Positions 13,904 through 26,269 of a stretch of 64,000 nt of DNA are shown here, in pieces. Every line of letters starts with the position of its first letter. Position 1 is the stretch's first letter. The stretch lies in NCBI RefSeq assembly GCF_009834535.1, contig NC_045696.1, positions 33,854,001 through 33,918,000 of the forward strand, written 5' to 3'. The notes beneath the pieces were generated by a model, which did no database searches, had not been told where the DNA came from, and saw nothing but the letters and a program-made list of their open reading frames with translations. This DNA is from Camelus ferus (Eukaryota). The position numbers were made by a program, and so were the translations under genes.

Positions 13904-14014
13904 ACTTATTTTTGAAACTATGTATTTTCTTCTATCCCTCACTTTTTAATTTCTTTTGTTACGAAAACCATCCTTGCTCTCCCCCTGTAGAATAATTTAC
14001 TTAGAGATACTTGC

Positions 14015-14401
14015 TGTATTGCTCTACTAGGGCTGTCGTAAAAAAAATACCACAAACTGGATGACTTTAATGACAGAAATTAATTTTCTCACAGTCTGGA
14101 GGTCAGAAGTCCAATCTAAGATCAGGGTTGGTTTCTGGTGAGAGCTCTCTTCCCGGTTGCAGCTGCCCCTTTCTTTATGCCCTCACATGGCTTCTTCCCT
14201 TTACCCTTGTGGGAAGAGAGTGTGAGCTCTGGTGTCTCTTCCTCTTCTTAGAAGGACACCAGTCCTATGGGACTAGGGTCCATGCTTATGACCTCATTTA
14301 ACCTTAATTTTCTCCTAAAAGCCCTGTTTCCAAATACAAACACATAGAGGGGATAAGGCTTCAACATGGGCATTTTAGGGGTACACGTTCTGTCCATAAC
14401 A
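14015..14401 (-). mobile_element. MLT1B-type MaLR solo LTR
   Basis: TAGGGCTG..AATACCACAAACTGG..., GGTGTCTCTTCCTCTTCTTA, ATGACCTCATTTAACCTTAATT, ends CCATAACA. Confidence 0.9.
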
Positions 14402-14435
14402 TTTAAATTGTTGAATCATTAAAAAAAAAAAAAAC

Positions 14436-15327
14436 AAAACTGTTTATCTCCCATCAACCTTATCTTAAGGACCAGGTTAAGAAGAATCACTCAGGGATTC
14501 TTCCTACCCATTCAGTGGTCTGAGCAGTATTAGGTACAGGCTAGTCTTCAGTGGTGGCTGAGTGCCACCATCTTCAGTGGTGAACTGTGGGATAGGAACA
14601 AGAGGCACATTTGAGCTTTCGAACCAGCCTGCAACCACAGACTGAGTAGGAGCAAGCTCAGGCACTAGAGTGGTCCATTCACCCTGACAGCCCTCCTTGA
14701 TCACAGCCTTTTCAGCAGAGGCTTGCTCTTCCTTTTCTTTCTCCCCAGTATCCCTGCAGAAGTAGACATCAGCCCTGACCTCTCATGGCTGGTGCTGTGT
14801 GTGTGCAGAACTTCCAGGGCCAGCATCCAGGACATCAGACCACTGTGGGAGTGACTTATTGTGGCATGAGAAGGCAAGGTCTACAAAGCACAGAGGAGAG
14901 TCTGTGTTACACATGCAATGGTTACCTGGATCTGGCTAGTGAAACTTCCAGGAGCGAAGCAGCCAGCAGTGGGGTGGCCCCAGTGACAGAAGCAAACTTC
15001 AGCACAACTCACTGGCCAGTTACTCCTGGAGGATATGACACTGACACCAGCTGAGGTTTCAGTGGTAACAATGGCACAAACTGTCAGCAGAAGCTTCTCC
15101 CAGGTTCTCTTCACATTTATGATGTAGATGCCACCACTCTTCCTTCTGTAGATGGACTGTTCCATTTAGAGGTCAAGGCTGGTGCCACCTAAGTGGGTGT
15201 TCCTGCTGCAAACAATTTGAAGATACCCTCTTCCTTCATTTGAAGGACATCATGAAATTCTCCCTTTAAGTTATGCTGGGATCCCAAAACAACACGGTCT
15301 AAAACTCTCTGAGTAGTACAGAAAGGG
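14436..15327 (-). pseudogene. RPSA: Processed pseudogene of 40S ribosomal protein SA (uS2 / laminin receptor)
   Basis: ORFs MEQSIYRRKSGGIYIINVKRTWEKLLL and [28 protein letters not shown] match RPSA; intronless, begins at the pyrimidine-rich (TOP-like) mRNA start, includes 5' UTR (TAACTTAAAGGGA) and 3' UTR (GGTTGATGGGAGATAAACAG); frameshifts, stops and deletions. Confidence 0.97.
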
Positions 15328-15770
15328 TTTGGTTTTGTTTGTTTTGTTTTGTTTTGTTACAGCATCAATCCTTGACTTTAGGGAGAAATTTGCACAGGGC
15401 AGAAACACACCTTCTGAAGAATCCACTTGTTCCTTTATATGACAATCTCTTTTATTAAAAATATGCCTGTTTCTTTGCTTCCGTATAACTATGTCATGAA
15501 GGACCCTTGCATCATCACCCACTGACAGGAAAGTACATGATCCGAGAGTCAAATATTTCTCTGAATTCCTGAATTGAATAGTGTTGCTCTTTAATGGCTC
15601 TGATTTAGAATCAATAAAACAGTGAAAGAAAGGTGCCCCATTCATCTCCCTCACAGGAAGAGTGATATGAGAAGAGGTGTAATTTAGGGATGTGATTTGA
15701 GGGTTTGGGCTGCACAACAAACACCGAGATAGTCGCACCGTTAGAGAAGACTGAAATATGTTCTATGAAG

Positions 15771-15804
<34 letters not shown>

Positions 15805-17892
15805 GAAAGGAAAGAAAGCACAATGCATGGTCTAACTAATTAGTTGAAAATACTGTAACAGCTCATTGGGCAATTTTGTAATCAGATGAGCCCAAGGGAT
15901 GAATATGATCCAGTTTATAACAGTTCATTTTCTTTGAATGCAGCTGTATACAATGCCCCAGGAGATTCTAGAAGCAATGAAACCACAGTGACTCTTTTGA
16001 TTAATAACATTTTCAATCCCTAAAATCCATGAACAGGAACGCTTATTGTTATGCTTTGAAGGGTAGCCACAGAGACTACGGACCCCCTTCTGGAGAGAGA
16101 GCGAAGAAGCTGGAAACCTCCTGTGAATGACCGTCTTAATTGTGTGGCCTTCTTAAAGATGGTCTTTTAAAAGTTGTTCCATTTTTTTCTTTGTATGTAA
16201 GTTCCTAGGGTTAAACTAATGCTGTGATTGCCATAATTGTTATTTCTCCCCCAGTGATTTTATAGCCAGCAAGGGAACATTTAGCACCCACTAACTCCTT
16301 GTGGAAAATAATCGAATTTAAGGATACTTGCTTCAGTTGAATCTTTTTTAAATGCTTTCCTCCATTACTTTATTATGGAGAAATCTGCACCAAGGCAGGA
16401 CTGGTGCTTCCAAGAAGCTCACTTTTCTGCCTATTTATCCTTCCCTGGGAGTCCCAAGCCTCTGTTGATAGCATCCCAGACGGGTGTTAAGAAAGCAATT
16501 ATGATTAAAGACATGATGGGAATTCAGAGCTGCAGGATGTCTGCAAGAATCAAGGACTCTTGTCAAGGGCCTAATCCCACACCCATTACATGGCTTCTTT
16601 CCTAGGGTTGTCTATCCAGCAGTAATGATTGGATTATTAAATACACACATTTAGCCAGCCCTTTGTATATTACACAGACAAAGCTGATCAGCTGTTCGAA
16701 CAGTATTGGATATACTTTGGTTAGACACAAAAAATCTGACATATCTAAGAATCTCACTTCAACTGAAGGAAATTTACTGTAAAAGAATGTAGTAAACAAA
16801 TGAAGTCAGTCATATGATTTTTCTCAGCACTGTCTAGCATATACAAGTAAATGCCAATTTCCTTCTCTTTCATCCTTTCTAAAGCCAAGTGTATGTCACT
16901 TAGGAAGGGGAGAAAAACCTGCCATAACTATAATACAAGTAATCTTTAAAAATTAAGTTAATCAGTTTCTTTAAATATTTTTGCAATGTAGGGAACAAGT
17001 AGTATCTAAAATAAAGTAAAATTCAGAGTTTAAAGCATACTCTGTCTCAGAGATTCAAGTTCTTCTGGGCCCCTGTGGTCTTGTTTTATAGCGTTTCCAT
17101 TGTGTGAAAAGTTGATGATAACTGGATCTTATTGGTGCCGAGTTATAGGTAGTAAAATCTATTACTGCTTTCAGTCTGGAGAACCTTTATGACAACTAAA
17201 GGACAAAACAAGGAGCTGAGATCAGTGGTGGCAAATGATCTAATTAATAGATAATCATAAAATAGGTATGTGTGCGGAGATCAATTCAGGATATACAAGG
17301 AAATATAAAAGGACAAAGGAAGTGGCATGGTAATGGTGGAGGGAAGGTTGGCGTCTATAAATACCGTGGCTCCTAAATAACTTTTCAAGACTAGAAGCAC
17401 CTCAGCGCCACGACTCTAATTCCGAGCACTGATGCGTTATTAGTGAGGCCCTGACCATGTGGATTTATTGTAGTTAAGGTATAAAATCTTACATAAGTTC
17501 TGTCTTAGGAGAGAGAACATGTGTACACAAGCAAGAATAATTCTAATGCTTGGTGAATGTTTAAAGTATCAAAATGAGGGGAAAGTTCCAGCAGGATTCA
17601 GAAGAATAAACTATATAAATGGCTGGAGAGATGGAAGGATTAAATGAGAAGGCAGCAGGGGTACAGAACACAAACTGAGTCTTCAGAGGCTGAAGAAAGT
17701 AGGAAACACTTCCCAACCAGCAACAGCTTGTAGATAAGGGAAGTAAGGCTGGAAAGCAGAGATTACCAGAGAGTTGGGGCTCCTCCACAGAATGAGGGGC
17801 TGTCAGACGTAAGGCTGGAAAGAAAAGTGGGGCCAGGACATAAGTAATACATGTGTTTTTTTTTTTCCCCCCAGTTTGGAGCTGTTCCACTT

Positions 17893-18520
17893 AAAATTGC
17901 AATATAATAAATGACTCCCAACTTTACCTGTGGCTTAAAAGAAACATTTCATTATGCTTGTGGATTTTGTAGCTCAGAAATTCAAACAGCATAGAGGGCA
18001 TGGCTTGCCTGCTCCTTGTAATCTGGAGCCTCACTGGAGAGGACTTGAAGGCTGGGATGACTTCACTGCCAGGGAGCTGGAATCTGAAGGCTTGTTCACT
18101 TCTGTTGCTGGTGCCTGGGTGGGGACAACTCGAAGAACAGGGCTGTGACTGAGCAACCGTGTATGACATCTCCATGTGGCTTGACTTCCTCACAGCATGG
18201 TTGCCTCTGGGTTGTTGGACGTTTTGCATGGTGAATCAGGGCTCCAGGAGGAAGGATTCCAGCAAATAAGTTGGTAATTACAGGCCTTTTGTTTTTTTTT
18301 TTAATTGAGGTATAGTTGATTTATGATGTAGTGTTAGTTTGATCCAGCTTCATAAATCACCTGGTGGCATTTCCACTCTATTGGCTGAAGCAGTTCCATA
18401 CCTGCTCATATTCAAAAGGAGGAGATGTAGGCCCCATTTCTAGATAGCAGAATTATCAATAAATTTGGGGGCACTGGTTTTTTTTTTTTTTTTCAGGGGG
18501 AGGCACTGTTTTAAAATCCT
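17893..18520 (-). mobile_element. MLT1H-type MaLR LTR carrying two tiny secondary insertions
   Basis: GTGGCTTAAAA, CTCCATGTGGCTTGACTTCCTCACAGCATGG, ATTCAAAAGGAGG motifs of MLT1G/H. Confidence 0.8.
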
Positions 18521-18699
18521 TATGGAAATGAGTACTAAATAAGTGCTGGATGGATGAATAATTTATGGATAAAATATATTGATAACTGATACCAGGATAA
18601 AGAATTGTTTAAAGTTGAGAGAGAATTAAAATTTAGTCTTATGAGACCCTCTTAAATTAAAAATAGGCACTGTCCTAAATACTTACCAAATTGTATTTC

Positions 18700-18840
18700 T
18701 AGTCCTTACATCTGCAAAGTAAGTTTTATTCTTACTAGTTTATAGATGAGAAAATAGACATTCAAGAAGTTACTCAACTTGCTGAAAGTCTTACAACTAA
18801 TAAGTGACAGAGATTCTATTTCAAATCAAGTCTGAGTTTT
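18700..18840 (-). mobile_element. MIR SINE fragment
   Basis: TTTATAGATGAGAAAATAGAC..AGAAGTTA..AACTTGC..AAGTC core. Confidence 0.7.
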
Positions 18841-19085
18841 GTTAGGATTTTTTTTTTTCTATTGAATGTAGTAGGAAAGGAAAAAAGGATTCATAAGACA
18901 CCTTGTGAGGTTAGACTTGACACAACTTTGCAAACAATTGGATATGGAGGTGGTCAAGGAGAGGTGAAGTGGAGATGAAGCTTTGTGTCCAACATTATAT
19001 AATGAGGCAGATAGTGGTTATGTTCTTAAAAAACAGAGAAGATGGAGACCAGATTCACATTAGTTGGCAAGAGGAGAATGAAGCA

Positions 19086-19225
19086 GCAGCACTGGCAACA
19101 CAGTTTATGAAGCCCAGTTCAAAATGAAAATTTACTAAGAATTTCAAGACAGAAACAGCATCACATTAAACCAAGGGCTGAACCCTGTGGTCCGCCCAAA
19201 TCCCTTCACCAGGAAGGCTGCCCTG
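19086..19225 (-). mobile_element. MER45A (hAT-Tip100) MITE
   Basis: GCCCAGTTCAAAATGAAAAT, TAAGAATTTCAAGAC, CATTAAACCAAG, ends GGCTGCCCTG. Confidence 0.8.
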
Positions 19226-19859
19226 GAAAGGGTTCAGTTTGGGGCGTGTTCCCTTTTATTTGCTAGAGGTATAGTGAAGGTGAATTTACAAAACAGGATA
19301 TGAAGAATTACATGATCCTTTATAAATCAGAGGGACAGAGTAAGAAAGAACATTAGAAAAAACATGTATCAGCTGAAGGAATCTATACAATGGTAGAGGG
19401 CAAATTCTTTTTAAGGACAGTGTTAAGTATAGAGTGTTAATTTAACTGTTTCTTGAGTGCAATCATTTAGAACAATTTAGAAAAAGAAACGTCATCTACT
19501 TCAGAGAGCCAGTCCTGATCCAGGGATGGAGAGGTATTGCGGAATGGGCTACCACTCATGGTGGAAGACAGAATCTTTTATCAAGGAGACAGATGTTGGA
19601 CTTCCATGACTTTTACTACTAACTAGGTGAATGGCCTTTAATAAAATAATTTCCTTCTCTTGTTCTAATATTTTCTCTAATTAAATGGTAGCTTGGGCTA
19701 GATATATTCATTTCATAATTAATGCCTAGTTTTACCTAGGCACCAAACTTACCACCTAAATACTGAAGAATAAAACAGAATCCTGGACATTTTTTTTTAC
19801 CTACAGAATGCTAAGATTTGTTTAAACACACAAAGACATAATGATATATCATAAACAGT

Positions 19860-20070
19860 ACAGTCCAGTCAGACCTGGGTGAGGGCTTCAGATCACCCTC
19901 TCACCACCTGAGTTACCTTGATCAAGTTTCTTTAATTTCTGCTTTCATATTTAATCTGTCACTTGAGACTAATGAGGCTGCCTAGTGACGTTTAAGATCC
20001 CTGTGCACTCATGCATGTAAAGTGCCCAGCTCAGTGCCTGGTGCCTAATGCTTACTAGATAAATGTTTAT
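19860..20070 (+). mobile_element. MIR SINE
   Basis: AGTCAGACCTGGGT, ACCTTG..CAAGTT.CTT.A, ATGTAAAGTGCCCAGC.CAGTGCCTGG. Confidence 0.75.
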
Positions 20071-20323
20071 GACTTTTTCACTCTCTAACTCTTACTCCTC
20101 CCTCTGACTATGCATTTCAGATTCTCAGTATTAGCTCATCCATCCAAATAAGGATAGTTCCCTGATTGCCTCATCAGGGTATTTTGAAAACTGTTTAGAG
20201 AGCCTCTAAAAAACTGTTTTTTTTTATTAATTTAAAAACACAAAATTTAAACTTGGGCCAATTCTTCCTAGCGTCTTTAAACATCGTGATGGGTTTGGAG
20301 TTCCTTTTCTCTCACTCTCAATG

Positions 20324-20497
20324 TAGTGATTCTTACCTTTTTGTTCGTTTATAGATCCGCTTGAGAATGTAATAGCAGTTAAGGGCCCTCTTTGTAGAAA
20401 ACCGCACGTGTACATGAAACAGCACACAATCTCACTGTGGTCCCAGGCTCCTTGGGCCCCTGAAGTTGGTCCATGCACCCAGATTGCGAACTCCAGA
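20324..20497 (+). mobile_element. MER103-like hAT-Charlie MITE
   Basis: AGTGATTCTTACCTTTTT, TTGAGAAT, CCCCTGAAG..GTCCATG.ACCCCAG, with degenerate TIRs. Confidence 0.6.
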
Positions 20498-21939
20498 GTA
20501 AGCCAAAGACAGATGTATTTGCTACCAAAGACTCAACTTTGAATTTGAAATTCATGAATTCCAAGTGGTGATGGAGCTTGATAAATCATCCGTTACCATT
20601 GCTAATATCACCAAGGGAAAACTTTGAATCGATTCGATTTCACAGACCATGTGTGACTATTGATTTCAGCCCTGCCACGTAGGCCTTCTGCACGCTGAGT
20701 GAAGAGACTATTCCGCCCGCATTTCAAGGTGGGGCTCGTCCACCACAGTGACAGACACCGAAAACAAGGCACATGGGATCCAGCTGTCTCAAGCCGCGTC
20801 CTAGGCTGCTCTTCCATGTGTCCGAAAGATTAGTTAAGTTATATTGATACTTCTGCATGTGGTGTGAGTCCCTCATTGCCAGACTTGAAAGTAGAAGTTA
20901 TTTGAAGTTTCCAAATCAATGTCAAAAGGCAGATGATTCTGAAAGTTCTACATTTTTGACTCTTTATAGGCAAAAATCCTTAAATGTTTAGATCTCAGTG
21001 ATAGTTTATTTTGTGTTAAGTGTAAGATATATATGAAGTCTATACTTTATTAAAGTAAAAATGTTGCATTTTTTTCTCTTTATGTGACGCACCCGCCCTA
21101 GATCAGATTTTTATTTCCTTAACATGTTTATGGACTATCTTCCTTAAATTGGTTTGTGTTCAGATTGCCTCTGACAGACTGTTCCCACTAAACACAGTGC
21201 TTAATCTCTTTTAGTTGTTTTAAAAAGATATTCTTGTATTGCAGACATCATTATCTAATCCAGCCTGAGTGCTTTTTCAAAATGTATAAAAATTCATTAA
21301 AAATATAATAAAATAAGAAAATGTTTTAAGGCATTATGTGTCATGCAGTTTGACTAGTTTTCAAAAAAAGATATTATTCATCTTCAAAGGTGTATTGTTT
21401 TAGGGATGTTATATTTTAAAACATGTTAAAGATTAATAGTTCAGCTCAATTTTCTGTGAGACTTTAAAGTTTTGATTCCTGGTATATAAAAACAAAACAT
21501 AAAAATTGTCTTCCCTATTACCCTCTATGGTAATTATTAAGAAACTTTTCTATGGATAGATAGTCAATTAAAAAAATTAATTCTATGGAAAAGTTCATGT
21601 AAAAACTCAGAAATAGCTACAGATTTGGCATTAGTATAGTATTTTATGCCCCTAATGTTAGTAATCTAGGGTTGTGTGTTCAAAGCCATTGCTTTATGTA
21701 ATACAGACAAATAATTTAATTTTTACTTCTGATAAGCATCAGTTTGAAGTTTCTAAACTCAGAAATTTAAGATTGCAATTACTACATTGATAGATAGACC
21801 TCAAAAATGATTCAATACTTGAACTTCATTCTGCTAAATGAAGATAACTGGTCTGTCACAAAGTATTCTTGATAAACACCGGATCTTTGCTTTGGAAAAA
21901 CAACAGTTCACTGAAAGCAAACCATAGGCCAGCAATTAG

Positions 21940-22110
21940 CTAAATGTATTTAATTTAGTCCTCAAACAGCACTATGTGGGAAATGATGCTGCCGTTTTAA
22001 AGATGAAGAAGGTGGGGCTCACAGAAGGCAAGTACCTCACAAGACTGGCAGGATGGAGATTTAAAGATGTGTCCTCCTGACTCCAAATTCTGAGCTCTTT
22101 CCCAAATCCA
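21940..22110 (-). mobile_element. MIR SINE fragment
   Basis: TTTAGTCCTCA..ACAGC.CTATG, TTTTAAAGATGAAGAA, TGACTCCAAA. Confidence 0.65.
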
Positions 22111-22790
22111 TGACAAACATCGTGATTTTTTTTTTTTATAGACAAATATCATGGTCTTAAATGTCTCCCCTAGTTCTACACCTGGTGAAATGTTGTGCAA
22201 AATGTAAGAACATTGGTATCTTACTATGTAACGTGTCGTACCATGGTCGTGGCAAGCTGGGCTGTGGAACAAGACTGCCCGGATTGGATTCCTGACCCCA
22301 CACTCAGTGGTTTAAGTTAGCCTCTCAGTTCTTCAATTCCCACACCTGCAAAAGCAGTGTCATCATAATGCTAGTTTCCTCGACTTATGGGAATGAAATG
22401 AAGTCCATTCATCAGTACGTGGCAATTAATAAAAATAATACCGGTCAATTACTCATTATTTGAATCCATTCAACAATACATGGCCCTGGGAGTAGTAGAT
22501 ATCCAATATACGTTAACTGTTAACACGATTAACTATTATTATTGAATTATCTTTGCTTCACATATGTTGGCCTATAAAGAATGGAAATTTGTCATCTAGA
22601 AATCAGATTTTATGATTTTCCCATCTCTGTTTAATGCAACTGATTCTTGTCATATAAAACTAAATATGTAGGTTGTCTTCTATCACCCTCCAAGGCAACT
22701 AAGAGTGTAATTTTTCCTGGACATGAGGATTCAGTCTTGAAAAATACTCCATTCTATGAAAACCCAGCCAAAGTCTAATATATCAGCAAT

Positions 22791-22844
22791 AGGAAAGAAA
22801 AGAAAGAAAAGAAAGAAAAGAAAGAAAAGAAAGAAAAGAAAGAA

Positions 22845-22884
<40 letters not shown>

Positions 22885-22921
22885 CAGAAAGAACGGAAGA
22901 AAGAACAGAAGGAAGAAAAAA
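22791..22921 (+). repeat. Purine microsatellite (GAAAGAAAA)6 followed by (GAAA)n
   Basis: Directly visible. Confidence 0.95.
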
Positions 22922-23740
22922 TTTTAAAAAGGAAACAAAGCTCTGGAAGCTGGGCATTTACATCACCTCTATGAGTTAAAATAATAATGCCTCCTTCACA
23001 GATTCCCTGCCAACACCTTTTCCTTTATACTGGGTGTACCAAGCTGTTTACCATATGGGTGTTATTTAGCCATTTCAATTGCCCAAGACTGAACTGAATG
23101 GCACCCACACAGACACAAATGTCCACACATTTTGTAACTTGAAATACCAAATAATAGTTATTACTATTCCGGATGAAAGACAAATGCTTTACCTCTTCAT
23201 TTAATATTCTAACAGAATTTGCCAAAATATTTCTTAAGCTTCTTTCTTAAAACTATTCACAATCTTTGGTTTTTCATCACCCCAGATATTTTTTAGTTTT
23301 CAAGAAGCTTAAATATTTTCATCCAACATGGGTTTTTCACTCTTAATGAACGGCTTCATTTTTAAGGTAACACTGCTGCTTGCAGAGTTACTTGCATTGT
23401 TGCAAAACATTGCTGTAAATGAGTAGCAGGGTGATCTAAAGTCAATTTCCTAAGGAATAAAATTTGTTATTTTAATGATATATGGCCACACGACTGGCTG
23501 TACCCTCCTCTAGACTAGAGAAACTATCTTATCAATATAGGCCATCAAGATATGTTCACTAAACAGAACTCTGAACTTTCAATTAGCTAATAATAGTGTA
23601 ATGTAAAACAGTAATGGGAATAAGGTAATGAGAAAAATGTGGTTATTTCAAATGTATTAATTTTAACTGGAGAGCAGTCAGAATGTTCCAAACTCATTTA
23701 CCATCATTTTATCTCAAATCTGTTCAAATGGAACATCTTC

Positions 23741-23774
<34 letters not shown>

Positions 23775-24689
23775 CAGTGGACTCAGACTAGGATAGGACC
23801 ACATAAAGCATACAATTCTTAGTCACACTCAATGTCCCAAAATTACCTTTTTATATCATCTGTGTTTATCCTATACTTTGTGTGGCTGAAGAGAGAACTG
23901 AACAAAGAGCAATGGAAATCTGTCTGATTTAGTCAAATCATTTTACCCGTTTGGACTTTGTACTTTTGGAAAATAAGATAACTGAACTAATAATCTCTTG
24001 AGGTCCTTCAGATGTTTAAGTTTCCGCCTTTTCTACTTCTAATAGTGGGAAACTCACTATATTTTTTATAGTCCACTGGAAAGCTCAAATTTTGAGACTA
24101 TTTTTTGACTCCCTGTATCTTTTGTCCACTGGTTCGGTGTCTGCCAGCGACCCAAGAAACGCCAGGTTGACTGGCTGCCCTCTCCCACAGCCTTTTACAT
24201 ATCCACAGGCTTGCCAGCCTGCCATCCTCCTGCCATTCTTCTCTTTTCTAAGCTAAGTGGAAATAAATAAAATGTAACTCATCGATTTGAATGACAACAC
24301 ATGAATTGCATTCAGTGAAATACTGAATTTTAGATGTTAAAGGTTTTGGCTTCAACATTCATCAGGGCTATGTTTTGGTCCAAAAAAAAAAAAAAGTGAC
24401 CATTTAGTCATTTATTCAAACATCTCATTTTCTTCATACACAAATTTCATAGGGTCTTGTGAATGAATAATTACTCAAAAACACACAACCTACCAACTGT
24501 CCTCTTTATGCATTCTCTTTGTACTTCTTCAATGATCTTGGAGAAAATCCAAAGCTTCTAACATCTCACACTGGGGATAGATGACCTGACTTCAGCTCAC
24601 CGCTTTTACTGTTTCCCACCTCACAGGTTTTGGTCAAGCACAAAATTGCCTCTGGCTCCTAAGCCAGAAGCTGCTATCTCTTACTGTCA

Positions 24690-25000
24690 TTTACTGCTTC
24701 AAGCTGCTGTTCCTTCACTATCTAATTTATCTTCATTCCTTAAGCCAGCCCCCCAGAAAGCCTCCCTTTGGCTTTCTTAATGCCACCAGACAAGATTGGG
24801 GTCCCTTCATTATCCCGTATCTCCCGAGCAAATGTCATACCATTAAACTTAGCACAGTGATTCACAGATATCACTTCTGGTGATTGTTATTTGTCCTCTA
24901 GAATCTAAGCTATTGAGAGTAAGAACTCTATCTTCCTCATCTCTCTGTCCCCCCGACAGAGCACAATACCTGGCGTACAGCAAGCTCTATTAAGTGTATG
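24690..25000 (+). mobile_element. L2 3' end fragment
   Basis: CTAGAATCTAAGCTATTGAGAGTAAGAAC ... AGCACAATACCTGGCGTACAGCAAGCTCT.TTAAGTG, typical L2 terminus. Confidence 0.7.
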
Positions 25001-26269
25001 AGGAACACCTGAACACCTGAATCAGCAGTAAGTAGATACTGAACAGGGCAAATTGCCAGTATATGAGAGATATTTGATCAATATGTGTAAGAAATGCCAT
25101 TGATCTGTGCAGAATTTTTAATAAAGCCATCACAACAATAAAAAAAAAATAGGCACCTATTATATTGCCAGATAATTTGTCACTTAACTTGAAGAAACAT
25201 TGTGACACATGGCGGATGTTTATCATCATCATGTAGAATGTTCCAGTTTCAAAGAGCATCACAAGTGATGCAACTTGAAAGTGGGAGGAAAGCGGCACAT
25301 CCTTGAAGCCCCCTCCTGGGCTCTGTTGTTGGAAGGGGGTAGGAAAGGGAGGGAGAAACCGTATAGATGGCTGCGCACACTGCCAGCATAGCTGTGTTCA
25401 GCCACTCTCTATTCCTGCCAAAGTGGAGGTGGTGCAGGGAGCATGGTGTGCAAAACAGCAGATGAGGTTGATTCGGTCCCCATGGAAACCAGACCTCCCA
25501 TTGAGAAGTAAACATATTTGGTACTTTTGTAATCAGAACCCATCAAAAAGTGAAAAACAATCCATTTTTGTGGCACACGTATTGTCTTAAGAGAATAGAT
25601 ATTTGAAGTCAGATTCACGGGAGAATATTTCCATTTCTGATGCAGACTTTATCAAGTTATGCCTCATTGACATAAGAGATTTGAAGTTTCTCACTTAGCA
25701 TTGTGACTTAGCTCTCTCTATAGAAGTACTGGGAGTGAAATATGGTAAAATGACCAAAACATCTAAAATCTGTATCTAAGTATGTAATTGTTCATTCCAG
25801 ATCTTCACCTACAGGCAGACAGTTCAGTATAACAAAACTTCTATGATGAAAATAATTATAAATCAAACTAAATAAACAGGGTCCTTGTCATAGCCTATGT
25901 GACATCATTTCAGTGCACCTTTAAAGTGTGTGTATTACACTTTCAAGTATACTGGAAAAGACGCTGTTTATTCCTAACACATTTATTAGGCAGTCTTTAA
26001 GAAGCTTTTGGGAAAATAATCAGTCCTGTCCCTTGAAATTTTCCCTTCGAGCATTACCTTTTCATGTTAAATAATAATCCTATACCTATTCTGAGTCAGA
26101 GGACTTGATTTGTAGAAAAACAAGATGCATAGCAATAAAGATCCAGTATCTATAAAATTCTACCCGATGTCCTACCACAATAGAGATCTTACAATTTCTT
26201 ACATGTAGAAGTAGTATGACTTTACCTATACTGCTCTAAGTTTTGGAAAACTAAAACTTTGCCTCCGTG

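Noticed and set aside
15271..15738. Longest ORF in the track (155 aa)
   Set aside because: No recognisable homology, non-ATG start, runs through a (CAAAA)n repeat and the RPSA retrocopy 5' UTR.
17357..17380. TATA/MEF2-like CTATAAATAC
   Set aside because: Isolated motif with no other promoter evidence.
22756..22974. Lys/Arg-rich ORF (KKRKKRKKR...)
   Set aside because: Translation of the GAAAGAAAA microsatellite, not a gene.
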